Below, piece after piece: positions 36,587 through 47,077 of a stretch of DNA of 64,000 nt. The stretch's first letter is position 1; each line of letters starts with the position of its first letter. The position numbers were made by a program, and so were the translations under genes. The notes below the pieces were generated by a model. The model saw only the letters and a list, made by a program, of their open reading frames with translations. It was not told the DNA's origin and did no database searches. The DNA is from an uncultured bacterium (lineage in GTDB: Bacteria; Omnitrophota; Omnitrophia; Omnitrophales; Abzuiibacteriaceae). The stretch lies in the NCBI GenBank assembly GCA_964387845.1, contig CAYLXA010000001.1, forward strand, positions 1-64,000, given 5' to 3'.

Positions 36587-38803
36587 TTAGTAACCAGTCT
36601 TTGCGCTTGCAGGACTTGCAGGATTGGTCTCGCCCGGCAATCCCAAACTGATTTTAAATCCGCCATAGACATTTCGGTCATTGGCAGGATCGATTCCGGC
36701 GCTTGTAACACGCGCATAATAGTTTTCATCAAATAGATTGTTGACGCCTCCGAATAAACTCAGATCAAAAGCATCCCACGCATCCTTGACCAAAACCACT
36801 TCGCCGGTTAAGTCCCAAACCTTATAGGACGGAACCAAACGATTAGGCGTCAATGCATCATCGGCGTATTGATCATCCACAAAAGTACTGAGGATGCTGA
36901 TTTTAACTCTGTCCTTAAAATTATACGTGCTGCCAAACCGCAGAAGATAATCCGGCGCGTACTGAGGCGACTTGCCTTTGTTAGGACCTTGGTCAAATTC
37001 CGCGTCGAGCAAGGTCAGCGCGATAAAAGGCGAAAAAGAACCGATCCTGTTTTCCAACTCGGATTTATTCAGGAAGTCATACAAGCCGACAATGTCGACT
37101 TCTGTGAAAAGCTCGACCCCTTGGTGCCAGGCATCGCCGACGTTAGAAATAGTATTGCCGACTGTTCCGACCTGATCTGAAAAATCCAAGATGAAATAAT
37201 TAATATCCCAGCTCAGAAATGAAAATGGCTCGCCGCGCAAACCAAAATCATACTGTTTCGCAAAACCATCGCTAAGATCATTATCAACAACTTGGTTAGT
37301 TCCAAGCGGCACGCTATCGGCAAAGATTTTAGGCCGGTACGATTGTGACAAATTGATATAAGCCTCCACTTGTTTCACAATTTCGTAGGCAATCCCTAAG
37401 CCGAAAAGCGGAACGGCGCGATGGTCTTTTGCATCCGCAAGCGGAACGGTGGTTTTATCGGCGTTGTATTCCTCATGGATTCTTTGCCAAATATTCTCAA
37501 TACGGACACCGGGCGTGATTGACAACTTTCCGATTCGAAATAGATTTTCCAAAAATACCGAGAGATACCAAAGGCCCCTAAAAACTTCCTTCCGGACAAT
37601 ACCGCTTTCCGCCATCGGATTTGAAGTCCGGCCTTCTACTCGTGGTGAGTGACTGAGAAAAGTATGCGTGCCGGCTGTTAAAGTATGCGTCTCGCCGAAA
37701 AGCTCATAATCGTGACGCACTCTGGGCTCGAAGCCGATATTGTAAAAGTCTTGCTCCTGAATATCGCTCGTTTGGGCTGCCGCTCCGGTTGGCACCGTTC
37801 CGAATCCGCCGCCTCTTTGACGCGTACTCCAACGGCGATAATGGCCGCCGTAGGTCCGCCAATCAAACTGCGTATCCTCTGAAAATTCTTTTTCATAAAT
37901 TAAAGAACCATAATAACGTTCGAGCCTGAAACGATCGTGCTCGCGCGTTGAAAAATTGCGGTTCTGCTCATATGTCGGATTGGCGGTTGTGCTTAAAGAC
38001 AATCCGCCCGGCTCGCCGTGCTCTTCGTGATATTCATCGTAATTAAATGTGAGACGCGAATCGCTCGTTTGATTGAGAACCACTTTAACGCCGGAACTAA
38101 TCACTTCAAAATCACTGTTTGTTTGGCGAAAACCGTCACCCTGCCGTTCATGAAAATACGCGTAATAACCCATCGGACCAACGGTACCGGTTGCGGCATT
38201 GTAAGTTGAAAAATAATTGTCGGAACCAAAAACGTTTTCAGAATAAGTCCGAAGCGGCGTATCCAAGTCAGGCTGTTTTGTAATAAAGTTAAGCGCGCCG
38301 CCGGGCTGAGGGCCGTACATGAGTGCGGAACCGCCGCGAATGTATTCGATATTTTCAATCGATTGGAAAGGCGGTGTGTAATAGGCCTCCGGGTAGCCAA
38401 ACATGTCGGCATGAATCGGAATTCCGTCTTTCATGACTTGAATATATTGAGCCCGGTCCGGCGCAAGGCCCCGCGAACCAATGCTCACAAGCGGCGTTGT
38501 TTCTTCGCTTAGATTAAGCCCCGTTGTTTTCGCAAGAGCTTGGCGATAATTGTTGTTGGTAACGGGAGGAAGTTCTTCAAAATTTAGAAGCGATGTCTTC
38601 TTGCCGGCATTAATCGTTGTCCCTTGGACATCGGGCAGAAAGTTGCTCCGCTCTTCCGGTTTTTTGGCGGCAACCAACACTTCATCGGTTACCGGATCGG
38701 ACGAAGTTGGCTTTTGGACTGCCAAGCCTTCGTTCACTGAGAACAAAGATAAAATTAAAACAAACACTAACGGACGTACCAGCTTCAATCGATGCAAAAA
38801 CAT
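36587..38803 (-). CDS. TonB-dependent outer-membrane receptor
   Basis: Signal peptide, plug domain and 22-strand barrel-length protein (738 aa) with a C-terminal aromatic residue. It lies upstream of exbBD-tonB. Confidence 0.75.
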   Translation of the reverse strand: MFLHRLKLVRPLVFVLILSLFSVNEGLAVQKPTSSDPVTDEVLVAAKKPEERSNFLPDVQGTTINAGKKTSLLNFEELPPVTNNNYRQALAKTTGLNLSEETTPLVSIGSRGLAPDRAQYIQVMKDGIPIHADMFGYPEAYYTPPFQSIENIEYIRGGSALMYGPQPGGALNFITKQPDLDTPLRTYSENVFGSDNYFSTYNAATGTVGPMGYYAYFHERQGDGFRQTNSDFEVISSGVKVVLNQTSDSRLTFNYDEYHEEHGEPGGLSLSTTANPTYEQNRNFSTREHDRFRLERYYGSLIYEKEFSEDTQFDWRTYGGHYRRWSTRQRGGGFGTVPTGAAAQTSDIQEQDFYNIGFEPRVRHDYELFGETHTLTAGTHTFLSHSPRVEGRTSNPMAESGIVRKEVFRGLWYLSVFLENLFRIGKLSITPGVRIENIWQRIHEEYNADKTTVPLADAKDHRAVPLFGLGIAYEIVKQVEAYINLSQSYRPKIFADSVPLGTNQVVDNDLSDGFAKQYDFGLRGEPFSFLSWDINYFILDFSDQVGTVGNTISNVGDAWHQGVELFTEVDIVGLYDFLNKSELENRIGSFSPFIALTLLDAEFDQGPNKGKSPQYAPDYLLRFGSTYNFKDRVKISILSTFVDDQYADDALTPNRLVPSYKVWDLTGEVVLVKDAWDAFDLSLFGGVNNLFDENYYARVTSAGIDPANDRNVYGGFKISLGLPGETNPASPASAKTGY

Positions 38804-38879
38804 CGTACAGCCTCCTTTTTCCTTTTTGCACTTTCTAGCTGGGTATCCATCATTGACTTGAAGGTTTTCCTTGCTGGAT

Positions 38880-39326
38880 TCATGACTTTGGTTGGTTTTG
38901 GTTAATCGGTATCAAAAATTCCATCGGGACCCAAGAGCCGTTTTTGTCGACTTCTACTAATATATGGATTGAGTCAGACCCTGAAACCGGAAGTTCGCTT
39001 TCATAATACTCATCACTCGGACCTGCCTTAAACTCTCCATGGACAGGTTTTTCGCTATCCGGCGATAATGTCCAGCGCGCCTCAATATTCGTCACTTTCA
39101 TTGGCTCCGCTTCTGAATCGTATAAGAAAAAACGAAGCAAATTTTGATTCACCATAAGCAGTTCATAATGATAAATATTCCCGACATCGCCAAAATGACC
39201 GCCGTGACGCGCTTCGTGTCCATGATATTCCTTGGGCATGGTTTCAATAGCAAACATATTGTTCACCAAACCGAAGGAAGCTCCCAAACAGACAAACACG
39301 AAAAGGAAAAATGTGCGAATAATCAT
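38880..39326 (-). CDS. Secreted His-rich small protein, possible periplasmic metal-binding component of the iron-uptake operon
   Basis: Signal peptide followed by 'KEYHGHEARHGGHFGDVGNIYHYE'. It sits between fur and the TonB-dependent receptor gene. Confidence 0.4.
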   Translation of the reverse strand: MIIRTFFLFVFVCLGASFGLVNNMFAIETMPKEYHGHEARHGGHFGDVGNIYHYELLMVNQNLLRFFLYDSEAEPMKVTNIEARWTLSPDSEKPVHGEFKAGPSDEYYESELPVSGSDSIHILVEVDKNGSWVPMEFLIPINQNQPKS

Positions 39327-39489
39327 ATGGTTTATTTATTTAAAATTAACTTGTTGGTTTTTGTGATCAACAACCGGTAGCGGTCCTGATTGTGTAGAAT
39401 CACCACTTCCCGCTTACCCTGAAACAGATGACTGGATTCTAAAACGACCGGGCTGAACATTTCGGCTTTTTCGTTATTTTCGGATTGCT

Positions 39490-39960
39490 TCATGGTTTCT
39501 GGCAATCCTTACATTTTCCAAACAAACGGTGATCATGATACACAAGCTTAAATTGATACTTTTCACAAATTTCTTCCTGCAGCCGTTCGATTTCTTCGCA
39601 TTGAAACTCGATGACTTTGCTGCATTGAATGCAAACCATGTGGTCGTGATGGCCGCGCGCGCTGGTGCGTTCAAAGAATTCTTTTTTGCCGTCGCCCGCC
39701 GATTTTTGGATAACACCGCTTTCGAGCAAAAGCGGAATGGTACGATAAACGGTATCGCGCGAAATCCGGTCGCCGCGGTCTTTAAAGCGGTGATAAAGTC
39801 CGTCGGCGTCGAAATGTTGTTTGAGGCGAGCAACTTCGTCAAAAATAGCCTGACGTTCAAAAGTGTATTTCAAACCCTTCTCTTCCAAGAGAGTTTGAAA
39901 TCGCTTAGCGCCTTCTTTTAGGTCTGAAATTTGGTGATGTTTATGCGCATCCATAATCAA
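39490..39960 (-). CDS. fur: Fur-family transcriptional regulator
   Basis: 'HHDHMVCIQCSKVIEF' and 'HDHRLFGKCKDC' metal sites, with a winged-helix N-terminus. Confidence 0.85.
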   Translation of the reverse strand: MIMDAHKHHQISDLKEGAKRFQTLLEEKGLKYTFERQAIFDEVARLKQHFDADGLYHRFKDRGDRISRDTVYRTIPLLLESGVIQKSAGDGKKEFFERTSARGHHDHMVCIQCSKVIEFQCEEIERLQEEICEKYQFKLVYHDHRLFGKCKDCQKP

Positions 39961-40130
39961 TCTGAATTCGGATTAGTTCCTATTAAGATTCAGTCTTAAT
40001 TGAGGCTATTTTACAGATGGCTGGGTGGATGTCAAATGTTATTTCGAGACCTGGCTAGATTTAAAAGCCAGACCTCGTCCTGAGAGAGCGGAGTGAATCG
40101 AAGGATTACGGCTGGTTTTTGAGCTAATAA

Positions 40131-40796
40131 TCAGCTCTTTTGAAAGCGGCGCTGGAGAAGGAAAAAAACCAAAAGAACAGCTAAAAATAACCACAGATAG
40201 AAGAACTCCATCTGCTGCGAAAAAAGGCCGGTGCCTTCTTGAAACCAAATTTGACGCAGATAGAGACTTGCGATAATCAACCCAATCCCGCTTAACGTGA
40301 TTGGCTCACTGGTTTTTTGGAAACGCGCCCAGCTGAAAGATCCTTCCCCGTTTTTGCGATATTTCTTGAGCGACGGAAAAAAGCGCGGAACTGACTTGCA
40401 ATAATCTTCGAAAGCAGCTCCGTGTTCGCTGGCAAGATATTTTTCTTCCGAAATAATGAGATGACGGTAAAGAAAAAAGAACCCAACAAGATACGCAATC
40501 ACAATCCAAACATTCGACAAGATCAAAACAAAACCAAGGCCGATTAAAAAATTACCCACATACAAAGGATTGCGCACGTAAGCATACGGGCCCCACACCG
40601 CAAGCTTTGTTCTCTTTTCGATACAGCCCTGCGCCCAAATGCGGATTAATTCGCCGAAAATAATAAAAGGAATGCCGGCCAAAAAACCGGCTGTGGAAGT
40701 TTGGGCGATGGAGATAACAACTGCCGCAGAAATCCAGCCGAGGTAAAATCGGAGCTTCGGTTTTTTAAACCGGTTTGAATTTGAATCGGAAGGCAT
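40131..40796 (-). CDS. Isoprenylcysteine carboxyl methyltransferase (ICMT/PEMT)-family membrane methyltransferase
   Basis: 'GPYAYVRNPLYVGNFLIGLG' matches the G-x-Y-x3-R-[HN]-P-x-Y-x-G family motif. Confidence 0.5.
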   Translation of the reverse strand: MPSDSNSNRFKKPKLRFYLGWISAAVVISIAQTSTAGFLAGIPFIIFGELIRIWAQGCIEKRTKLAVWGPYAYVRNPLYVGNFLIGLGFVLILSNVWIVIAYLVGFFFLYRHLIISEEKYLASEHGAAFEDYCKSVPRFFPSLKKYRKNGEGSFSWARFQKTSEPITLSGIGLIIASLYLRQIWFQEGTGLFSQQMEFFYLWLFLAVLLVFFLLQRRFQKS

Positions 40797-40802
40797 GACG
40801 AT

Positions 40803-41147
40803 TTATCTCAGGACAGGGTCTTTTACCTGAATCACGGATGCTTTGAAATCCTCGCCGGAACCAGGCCTTGCAATAATAATCACTTTTGTCCCGGGATTTA
40901 AATCAGCGAGAGACAAAATCTGAGAACCTTTTTTGATCAAAGTATGGTCCGGGTGAACCAGGCATTTGAAAGATTTTCTGAACGAATCCTTGACCAGCAC
41001 GAAAGCGGTCCATTCGCCCGACTTTGTTTCATAAACCCGATCGAGCGACCCGTCAATATACTGGACGGATGATGCAAATCCGCTAACCGGCACAAATAGA
41101 ACCGACAGAATACAGAAAAATAAAATGATAGTTTTCTTCATGACCAT
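40803..41147 (-). CDS. Small secreted hypothetical protein
   Basis: Start MVMKKTIILFFCILSVLFVPVSGFA (signal peptide). The ORF track's longer N-terminus overlaps the upstream gene. Confidence 0.4.
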   Translation of the reverse strand: MVMKKTIILFFCILSVLFVPVSGFASSVQYIDGSLDRVYETKSGEWTAFVLVKDSFRKSFKCLVHPDHTLIKKGSQILSLADLNPGTKVIIIARPGSGEDFKASVIQVKDPVLR

Positions 41148-41803
41148 TTTTTGAACCACTCCGTTTGTAAATCCATGAAAGACCTCCCGCACAAAAATAA
41201 ACCGAACCCCATCAACACAAAACCCGAAATTCTGGCAATCAGCTGCAGCGTTTTCGGATTCAGCATATGATGCGACCGCGCAACATGAAATGCAATTAGC
41301 GAAAACCAGCACATTGACCCGATTCCGCCGAAAACCACAAAAATCAAAATGTTGGATTCGGTCGGATCAAACAGATGGTTCGAAACAATCAAAGTGTAAA
41401 CAATTCCCCACAAAATGAAAAGCCCCGGATTAGACATCGCCATAAAAAACCCGACCGGAAACGCTTTTTGGAAATGGCTCAGCTTGCTTTCCTTTTTCTT
41501 CTCGCGTGGTGTCAGTTTTGTGTGGTCTATTTTCAAATACCGGATCCCGTAAAATAAAATCAAAAGCCCGCTCGTAACTTTGAGAAGGGAACCAACTTCG
41601 TGTGCGCGGTCGGCAAAAGCGGAAAATCCGAAGAACGCCATCGCGCAATAAATCATGTCGCCGGCAACGCCGCCGACACCCACCCATGCTGCACGCCAAA
41701 AACCCTTTCGGAACGCTTCGTTAATCACCATTAGATTAATCGGGCCGATGGGGATCGACAGGAAAAAACCGACCAAAATACCAAGTACGCACGCCACGAT
41801 CAT
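41138..41803 (-). CDS. LysE/RhtB-family amino-acid exporter
   Basis: 'LSIPIGPINLMVINEAFRKG' matches the N-terminal LysE motif; about 6 TM helices. Confidence 0.65.
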   Translation of the reverse strand: MIVACVLGILVGFFLSIPIGPINLMVINEAFRKGFWRAAWVGVGGVAGDMIYCAMAFFGFSAFADRAHEVGSLLKVTSGLLILFYGIRYLKIDHTKLTPREKKKESKLSHFQKAFPVGFFMAMSNPGLFILWGIVYTLIVSNHLFDPTESNILIFVVFGGIGSMCWFSLIAFHVARSHHMLNPKTLQLIARISGFVLMGFGLFLCGRSFMDLQTEWFKKWS

Positions 41804-41807
41804 CGCA

Positions 41808-42146
41808 TCAACCGGGAGGCCAGTGCATGGTCCGTCCGCCCAATAAATGAAGATGAATATGAAAAACCGACTGCCCGGCTCCGGCGCCGTTATTAAAAAC
41901 CAAGCGGTAATCCGAAAGTTTCCGAGCCTGTGCCACGCGTTTGGCAGCATCTGTCAGTTCGCCGATAAGCTGAAATTGATTCTTCTGGACCTCATCGATT
42001 CGAGCAATGTGCTGCTTGGGAATCACCAATAAATGGGTCGGCGCTTGCGGATTGATATCGTGAATGACCACAAGGCTCGCTTCGTCCAACTCGATTTTGG
42101 CCGGAATTTGTTTTGCCACAATTTTGCAGAATAAACAGTCGCTCAT
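41808..42146 (-). CDS. HIT-family (histidine triad) nucleotide hydrolase
   Basis: 'HIHLHLLGG' histidine triad. Confidence 0.85.
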   Translation of the reverse strand: MSDCLFCKIVAKQIPAKIELDEASLVVIHDINPQAPTHLLVIPKQHIARIDEVQKNQFQLIGELTDAAKRVAQARKLSDYRLVFNNGAGAGQSVFHIHLHLLGGRTMHWPPG

Positions 42147-43474
42147 AAAACCTTTTGAGATGAAAAATGCTGCGAAGCTTGCTTTAAACGCTCAATGACT
42201 TTGGTTTTTCCCAATACGCGCATGACCGAAAAAAGGCTTGGACTGACGGACTTTCCGGTCATCGCAATCCGGACCGGATGGATCAAATCGCGCGCCTCAA
42301 TTCCCATCTGTTCGGCGGTATCTCGAAGCGTTAATTCTACCCGTTTTTCATCTGAAAAATCAATTAATTGTTGAAGCGCATCCGACAGTTTTTGCAGCTC
42401 TTTCCCTGTCTTTCCGGCGCGGACATACTGAGCGAGCGCTTCCGGATCATATTGCACTTCATCAACAAACAGGAATTCCGTTTGCCAGATCAAGTCATGC
42501 AGAATGCTGATTCTGGATTTAAAAAGCAGCAAGATCTCGTCGAGATTGAATTGAGAAAGCTTTTCCTTCAAATCAGTATGCGATTCAAGAAATGCGCGCC
42601 CGAGTTTCAAGAATTCCGGATCCGCCGTCGCTCGGAAATGCTCTTTGTTCACCCATTTTAACTTTTCGAGGTCAAATTTGGCGTTGGTTTTGTTAATCCG
42701 GCTGATCGAAAACAGTTTGACTAAATCTTCACGCGTGAAAAATTCCTTGTTGCCGCCCGCAGACCATCCGAGAAGCGCCAAATAATTAAGAAGCCCGTCC
42801 GGCAAATAGCCCTCTTTGCGGTATTGTGTTAAGTTCACAATCGCATCGCGCTTTGATAAGGGTTGCCCGTTGGTGCCGGCCACGAGCGGCAGATGCGCAA
42901 ATTTCGGAGGCTTCCAGCCGAGCGCGATATACATCAAAATTTGACGCGGCGTGTTGGACAAATGGTCATCACCCCGAATCACGTGCGTTATGCCGAATTC
43001 ATGATCGTCCACGACGCACGCAAAGTTATAAGCCGGATAACCGTTCGATTTTAAAATGACAAAGTCATCAAAAGTCGCCGAATCAAACTCGATTTCTCCG
43101 TGCACCAAATCCTTGAACTTGATTTTGGTATGATTCACTTTAAATTTCAGGGCGCCTTGATCGGCGTAAGCTTTTCCCTCCGAAACCAATTGATCCGCAA
43201 ATTTCTTATAAATCGAAAGCCGCGCGCTTTGGCGCTCAACCGGGCCGTCCCATTTGAGGTTGAGCCAGGACAAAGAATCGAGAATATCTTTCTCGAATTC
43301 CGGCTTCGAACGTTCTAAATCCGTATCTTCGATCCGGAGTATGAACGTTCCGCCCTCTTTCTTCGCGTAGAGATAATTAAAAAGCGCGGTCCTGACGCCT
43401 CCGATATGAAGCGGGCCTGTCGGTGACGGTGCAAAGCGAACTTTAATGGCGGCTTTCTCAGCAGTCATGGGCAA
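42143..43474 (-). CDS. gltX: Glutamyl-tRNA synthetase
   Basis: 'RFAPSPTGPLHIGGVRTALFN' HIGH region and 'PLSKRD' KMSKS-equivalent. Confidence 0.85.
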   Translation of the reverse strand: MPMTAEKAAIKVRFAPSPTGPLHIGGVRTALFNYLYAKKEGGTFILRIEDTDLERSKPEFEKDILDSLSWLNLKWDGPVERQSARLSIYKKFADQLVSEGKAYADQGALKFKVNHTKIKFKDLVHGEIEFDSATFDDFVILKSNGYPAYNFACVVDDHEFGITHVIRGDDHLSNTPRQILMYIALGWKPPKFAHLPLVAGTNGQPLSKRDAIVNLTQYRKEGYLPDGLLNYLALLGWSAGGNKEFFTREDLVKLFSISRINKTNAKFDLEKLKWVNKEHFRATADPEFLKLGRAFLESHTDLKEKLSQFNLDEILLLFKSRISILHDLIWQTEFLFVDEVQYDPEALAQYVRAGKTGKELQKLSDALQQLIDFSDEKRVELTLRDTAEQMGIEARDLIHPVRIAMTGKSVSPSLFSVMRVLGKTKVIERLKQASQHFSSQKVL

Positions 43475-43477
43475 TGA

Positions 43478-46400
43478 TTAGGAGGTGTGTAAATCTGCAA
43501 AAAGGTCAGATGAAAGCTGCGCCGGTTTGCCGGATTGGGTTAGCTTTCCGGAGAGAAAATCCTGGGCGCGCGCTTGGGCTTCTTTCATTTTGGGATAACG
43601 GACTTCGCGGTATCCGCGCACGGTTTCCGGAACTTCGAGAGCATTGGCGTAACGTTCGTATTCCTGCGCATTCGCAAACTTGAAATTTTGGGCCAAATCG
43701 ATATACCAATCACGGAATGCCTTTTCCTGCACGTGCCATTCGGGCAGAAGCGCTCTCAAAAATTTCATGTGCTTCATGATCCCGAGCTGCCAATCTTTCG
43801 TCCTGAGTGAAAACCGGATGGTTTTTCCGAAAATCACGAATTCCGGGCTGTTGATGTGCGAATAACGGATTTTATCGCCCTGCTTCGGATTAACGTTGTA
43901 GCGCGCCAAATCCCGCTTGCGCTTTTCTTCACTTGTGAGCAAATGCGCCACATAAACTTCGTCTTTAATCGCCATCACTTTGAACAAATTCCGGATCGCG
44001 GCTTTCGTCGCCCTGAATTGATACGGCCGGGCATCTTTGGCATAAATGCGTTCAACCAATTCGACGTAGCGTTTCGCGAGTTGGAGACTGTCGTATTGAA
44101 TGAGCTCATAAATCCTGAGCGCAAAATGAATCCTCACATCTTCATCAAGGTTCATCTGCGTAGCCGCAGCGCGCGCCAAGCGGCCGTATTCCAACGCAAG
44201 CTCCGGCCCGTACCAAGCTCTGCGCGACAGAATTTCCGATTTCTCATCGATTAATGCGGTCAAAGTTTGAACCGATGTCTCTAAAAAGTCAGTCTCTGAA
44301 ATCGCAAGACGGCGGCCGAGATCAAAAGCTTCCAGATCCTCTTTTAACGCATCTTTGCGGACGGTTTTCTCAATCGCCCACCTTAAATTCTGTAACGTAA
44401 TAGGCAAAAGCCCTTTCTGATAAGCCATGCCAAGCATCATCAAATTCGCATAGAGTTTATTTCCTAAAAATTGTTCGGAAATCGAGGACAGATCAACGCC
44501 CAAATACGACCCTTTTCTGGCTTTGGACCGGATCACGTTTTCAAGCTGTTCAATGTCAAAATCTTCCTTCCCCGTCAAAGTCGCGATAGTCGGTGTTTTG
44601 TGTGTATTGATCAGCGCGGCAGCTCGGCCGGGATGCGCAATGCGCATGTTGGTCGTCGGATCGATGCTCCGCACGGCTTCCAATATATCAAGCCCTAATA
44701 TCAAGTCGGTCTTTCCGTAGGCCGTGACCGGCGATGTATAGTCTCTGTTTTTTAAGAAATGAATGTGGGAATAAACGCCTCCGTTCCGGATCGCAAGTCC
44801 TTTCTTATCGACAAAACGTACTTCATAGCCCTGGCGCATGCCCGCCTGCACCAAAATTGCCGTAATGACGCCGATCCCCATGCCGCCGACGCCGGCCACA
44901 TAAGCGCTCCATACTTTGTCAAAATGAAACGGCCTCGGAATTTCGGGAAGCGTAACGGGTTTCAGCGTCTCCAGCGGCATTGCGGGCGCTTTACTTCTTT
45001 CAATAATCACTTCCTCAAACGAGGGGCATGCGTTGATTTTCGTGCAGGCTCCGTCAGATTTACACCACGACAGATCGGTTTCCAACTTCTTGCCGAACGG
45101 CGTTTCAAGAACCGTCAAGCCGGGACAACCGGTTGCAACCGTGCATTCCAGGCAAAATTCGCAGACGTCCGGCGATAAGTTGATAAAGCGCTTGCGCGGC
45201 AGAAATCCTTTTTGCTTTTTGATTTTTCGCTCAACATCCACAACCTTGCGGTCATACGTAATGCCGCATTCCTTGTCCGCGATAATCACTTTGACACCGT
45301 CTTTTAAAATCGTGTCCTCGATCAGAGATTTGTAGCTCTCGCGGTATGAAGGATCTACGCGATGGACTTGAATATCCGCCAAACTCGCGAGGCCGCGCAC
45401 CACGTTTTCGATATTTTGCGCGACAGTCGGATTGCCTAAAAGATCATATTCCTGCCCCGGCGTCGGCTGATGGCCTGTCATGGCGATCGTGCCATTATCT
45501 AAAATGACGAACGTGATATCCTGTCCGTTTTTAATGGCATCCGAAATCGCGATCATGCCGCTGTGGAAAAATGTGGAGTCGCCCATGAACACGACCTGCT
45601 TGTTGGTAACAAACGGATCAATGCCGGCGCCGGTTCCGCCGCCCAGGCCCATACCCGAATAATTGTGCATGAGGTCCTGATTGGGCTCAAACATGAGCAT
45701 TGTGTAGCAACCCGTATCGCCGTGAAACAAAAGGTCGACCGGTGCGCGGTCAAAATGCTCTTTCATATAGCCAGAATCACGGAACTTGCGTTTCACTTCG
45801 ATAAAAACGCTCGAACTATCGCGATGCGGGCACCCCGGGCAAAAAGTCGGCGTACGCTGCGGAATGGCAATCTGGGCTTCTGCGGTCTGGCGGATCAGCA
45901 CGAGCTCTTTTTCGATCGTTTCCGGCTCAAAATAAATCCGCGCCTGCCGTGCTAGAAAAAGCGGCCCCAAACGCTCGATTAATATGGAGGGATTAAGGCC
46001 TTTGGTAGACGGAATTCCTGCGAGACTATCGGGAAAATGTTTGCCCCAAACAGGCGGCATCCGGTCTAATCGACCGCTCTGAACGGCATCTTTCAGGATC
46101 GCCACCGCCTGAGATTCGACAAAATCGCGTTTTTCTTCGATCACGACAATTTCATCTACTTGGTTCGCAAATTGAATCAAAAGCTGGGCATCCAGCGGAT
46201 AAGTAATGCCGAATTTTAAAACCGGAACTTGCGGCGTCAGGCCGAACGTTTCGAGCACCTGCTCTAAATAAAAATAAGCAAGCCCCGAAGCAACGAAACC
46301 GACGGGCCGTTTTTGAGTTCCCGGCCGGATGATTTTGTTGACCTCCAGTTTGCGGGCTTCATCGATTAACACCGCATAGCGATCCTCCAAAGTCAATTCC

Positions 46401-47077
46401 CGGTCAGCCGTACGCGGCGAAAGAATGACAGTCTCTTTCACGGGAATTGCTTGTGTATCAATCGCGACCGGATGTTTGGTGCTGACCGTCGCGTAATCGT
46501 TTGCGAACACTTCGACTGTGCCGCCGCCGTCCGCAAGGTTTGTGGTTACGAGATATGTCAGATACAGATTGGATTTTTTTGACAAATCAAGCCCGAGGCC
46601 GACCCAATCTTTGAGTTCCTGAAAATTCGAGGGTTCCATGACGGGGATATACAAATGTTTCGAAAGAAACCGGGAATCACTCGGCACCTGCGTGCTGTCT
46701 GACCACGGGTCATCGCCGATCAGGACAAGCGCGCCGCCTTGGTGGCTGGTCTTGGCAAGATTGCCGATGATCAAGCCATCGCTCGCCACATGCGCACCGA
46801 CGCTTTTAACGGCGATAATCGCGCGCACATCCGCCATTTGAGAACCATTTAAGCGCGCCGCTGCAAGCGCTTCATTGTTGGCCATTTCGGCGACAATGCC
46901 ATGCTCATTTAAAATATCTTTGATCGCACGCGCACCGTTAAACACATCCGCAATCGGCGAACCGGGATAGCCCGTGATCAGGCCGACACGGGCTTCAAGC
47001 GCACCTTTCAAGATAAGCTCTGTGCCTGTATAAATTTGCCTGCCGGATTCCTGGAGAAAACGCGGATCAGTGCTCAT
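43478..47077 (-). CDS. Indolepyruvate:ferredoxin oxidoreductase, fused IorA/IorB type (1199 aa)
   Basis: TPP-binding 'GDSTFFHSGM', 4Fe-4S Cys clusters ('CPGCPH', 'CEFCLECTVATGCPG') and a C-terminal IorB-like domain in a single ORF. Confidence 0.75.
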   Translation of the reverse strand: MSTDPRFLQESGRQIYTGTELILKGALEARVGLITGYPGSPIADVFNGARAIKDILNEHGIVAEMANNEALAAARLNGSQMADVRAIIAVKSVGAHVASDGLIIGNLAKTSHQGGALVLIGDDPWSDSTQVPSDSRFLSKHLYIPVMEPSNFQELKDWVGLGLDLSKKSNLYLTYLVTTNLADGGGTVEVFANDYATVSTKHPVAIDTQAIPVKETVILSPRTADRELTLEDRYAVLIDEARKLEVNKIIRPGTQKRPVGFVASGLAYFYLEQVLETFGLTPQVPVLKFGITYPLDAQLLIQFANQVDEIVVIEEKRDFVESQAVAILKDAVQSGRLDRMPPVWGKHFPDSLAGIPSTKGLNPSILIERLGPLFLARQARIYFEPETIEKELVLIRQTAEAQIAIPQRTPTFCPGCPHRDSSSVFIEVKRKFRDSGYMKEHFDRAPVDLLFHGDTGCYTMLMFEPNQDLMHNYSGMGLGGGTGAGIDPFVTNKQVVFMGDSTFFHSGMIAISDAIKNGQDITFVILDNGTIAMTGHQPTPGQEYDLLGNPTVAQNIENVVRGLASLADIQVHRVDPSYRESYKSLIEDTILKDGVKVIIADKECGITYDRKVVDVERKIKKQKGFLPRKRFINLSPDVCEFCLECTVATGCPGLTVLETPFGKKLETDLSWCKSDGACTKINACPSFEEVIIERSKAPAMPLETLKPVTLPEIPRPFHFDKVWSAYVAGVGGMGIGVITAILVQAGMRQGYEVRFVDKKGLAIRNGGVYSHIHFLKNRDYTSPVTAYGKTDLILGLDILEAVRSIDPTTNMRIAHPGRAAALINTHKTPTIATLTGKEDFDIEQLENVIRSKARKGSYLGVDLSSISEQFLGNKLYANLMMLGMAYQKGLLPITLQNLRWAIEKTVRKDALKEDLEAFDLGRRLAISETDFLETSVQTLTALIDEKSEILSRRAWYGPELALEYGRLARAAATQMNLDEDVRIHFALRIYELIQYDSLQLAKRYVELVERIYAKDARPYQFRATKAAIRNLFKVMAIKDEVYVAHLLTSEEKRKRDLARYNVNPKQGDKIRYSHINSPEFVIFGKTIRFSLRTKDWQLGIMKHMKFLRALLPEWHVQEKAFRDWYIDLAQNFKFANAQEYERYANALEVPETVRGYREVRYPKMKEAQARAQDFLSGKLTQSGKPAQLSSDLFADLHTS

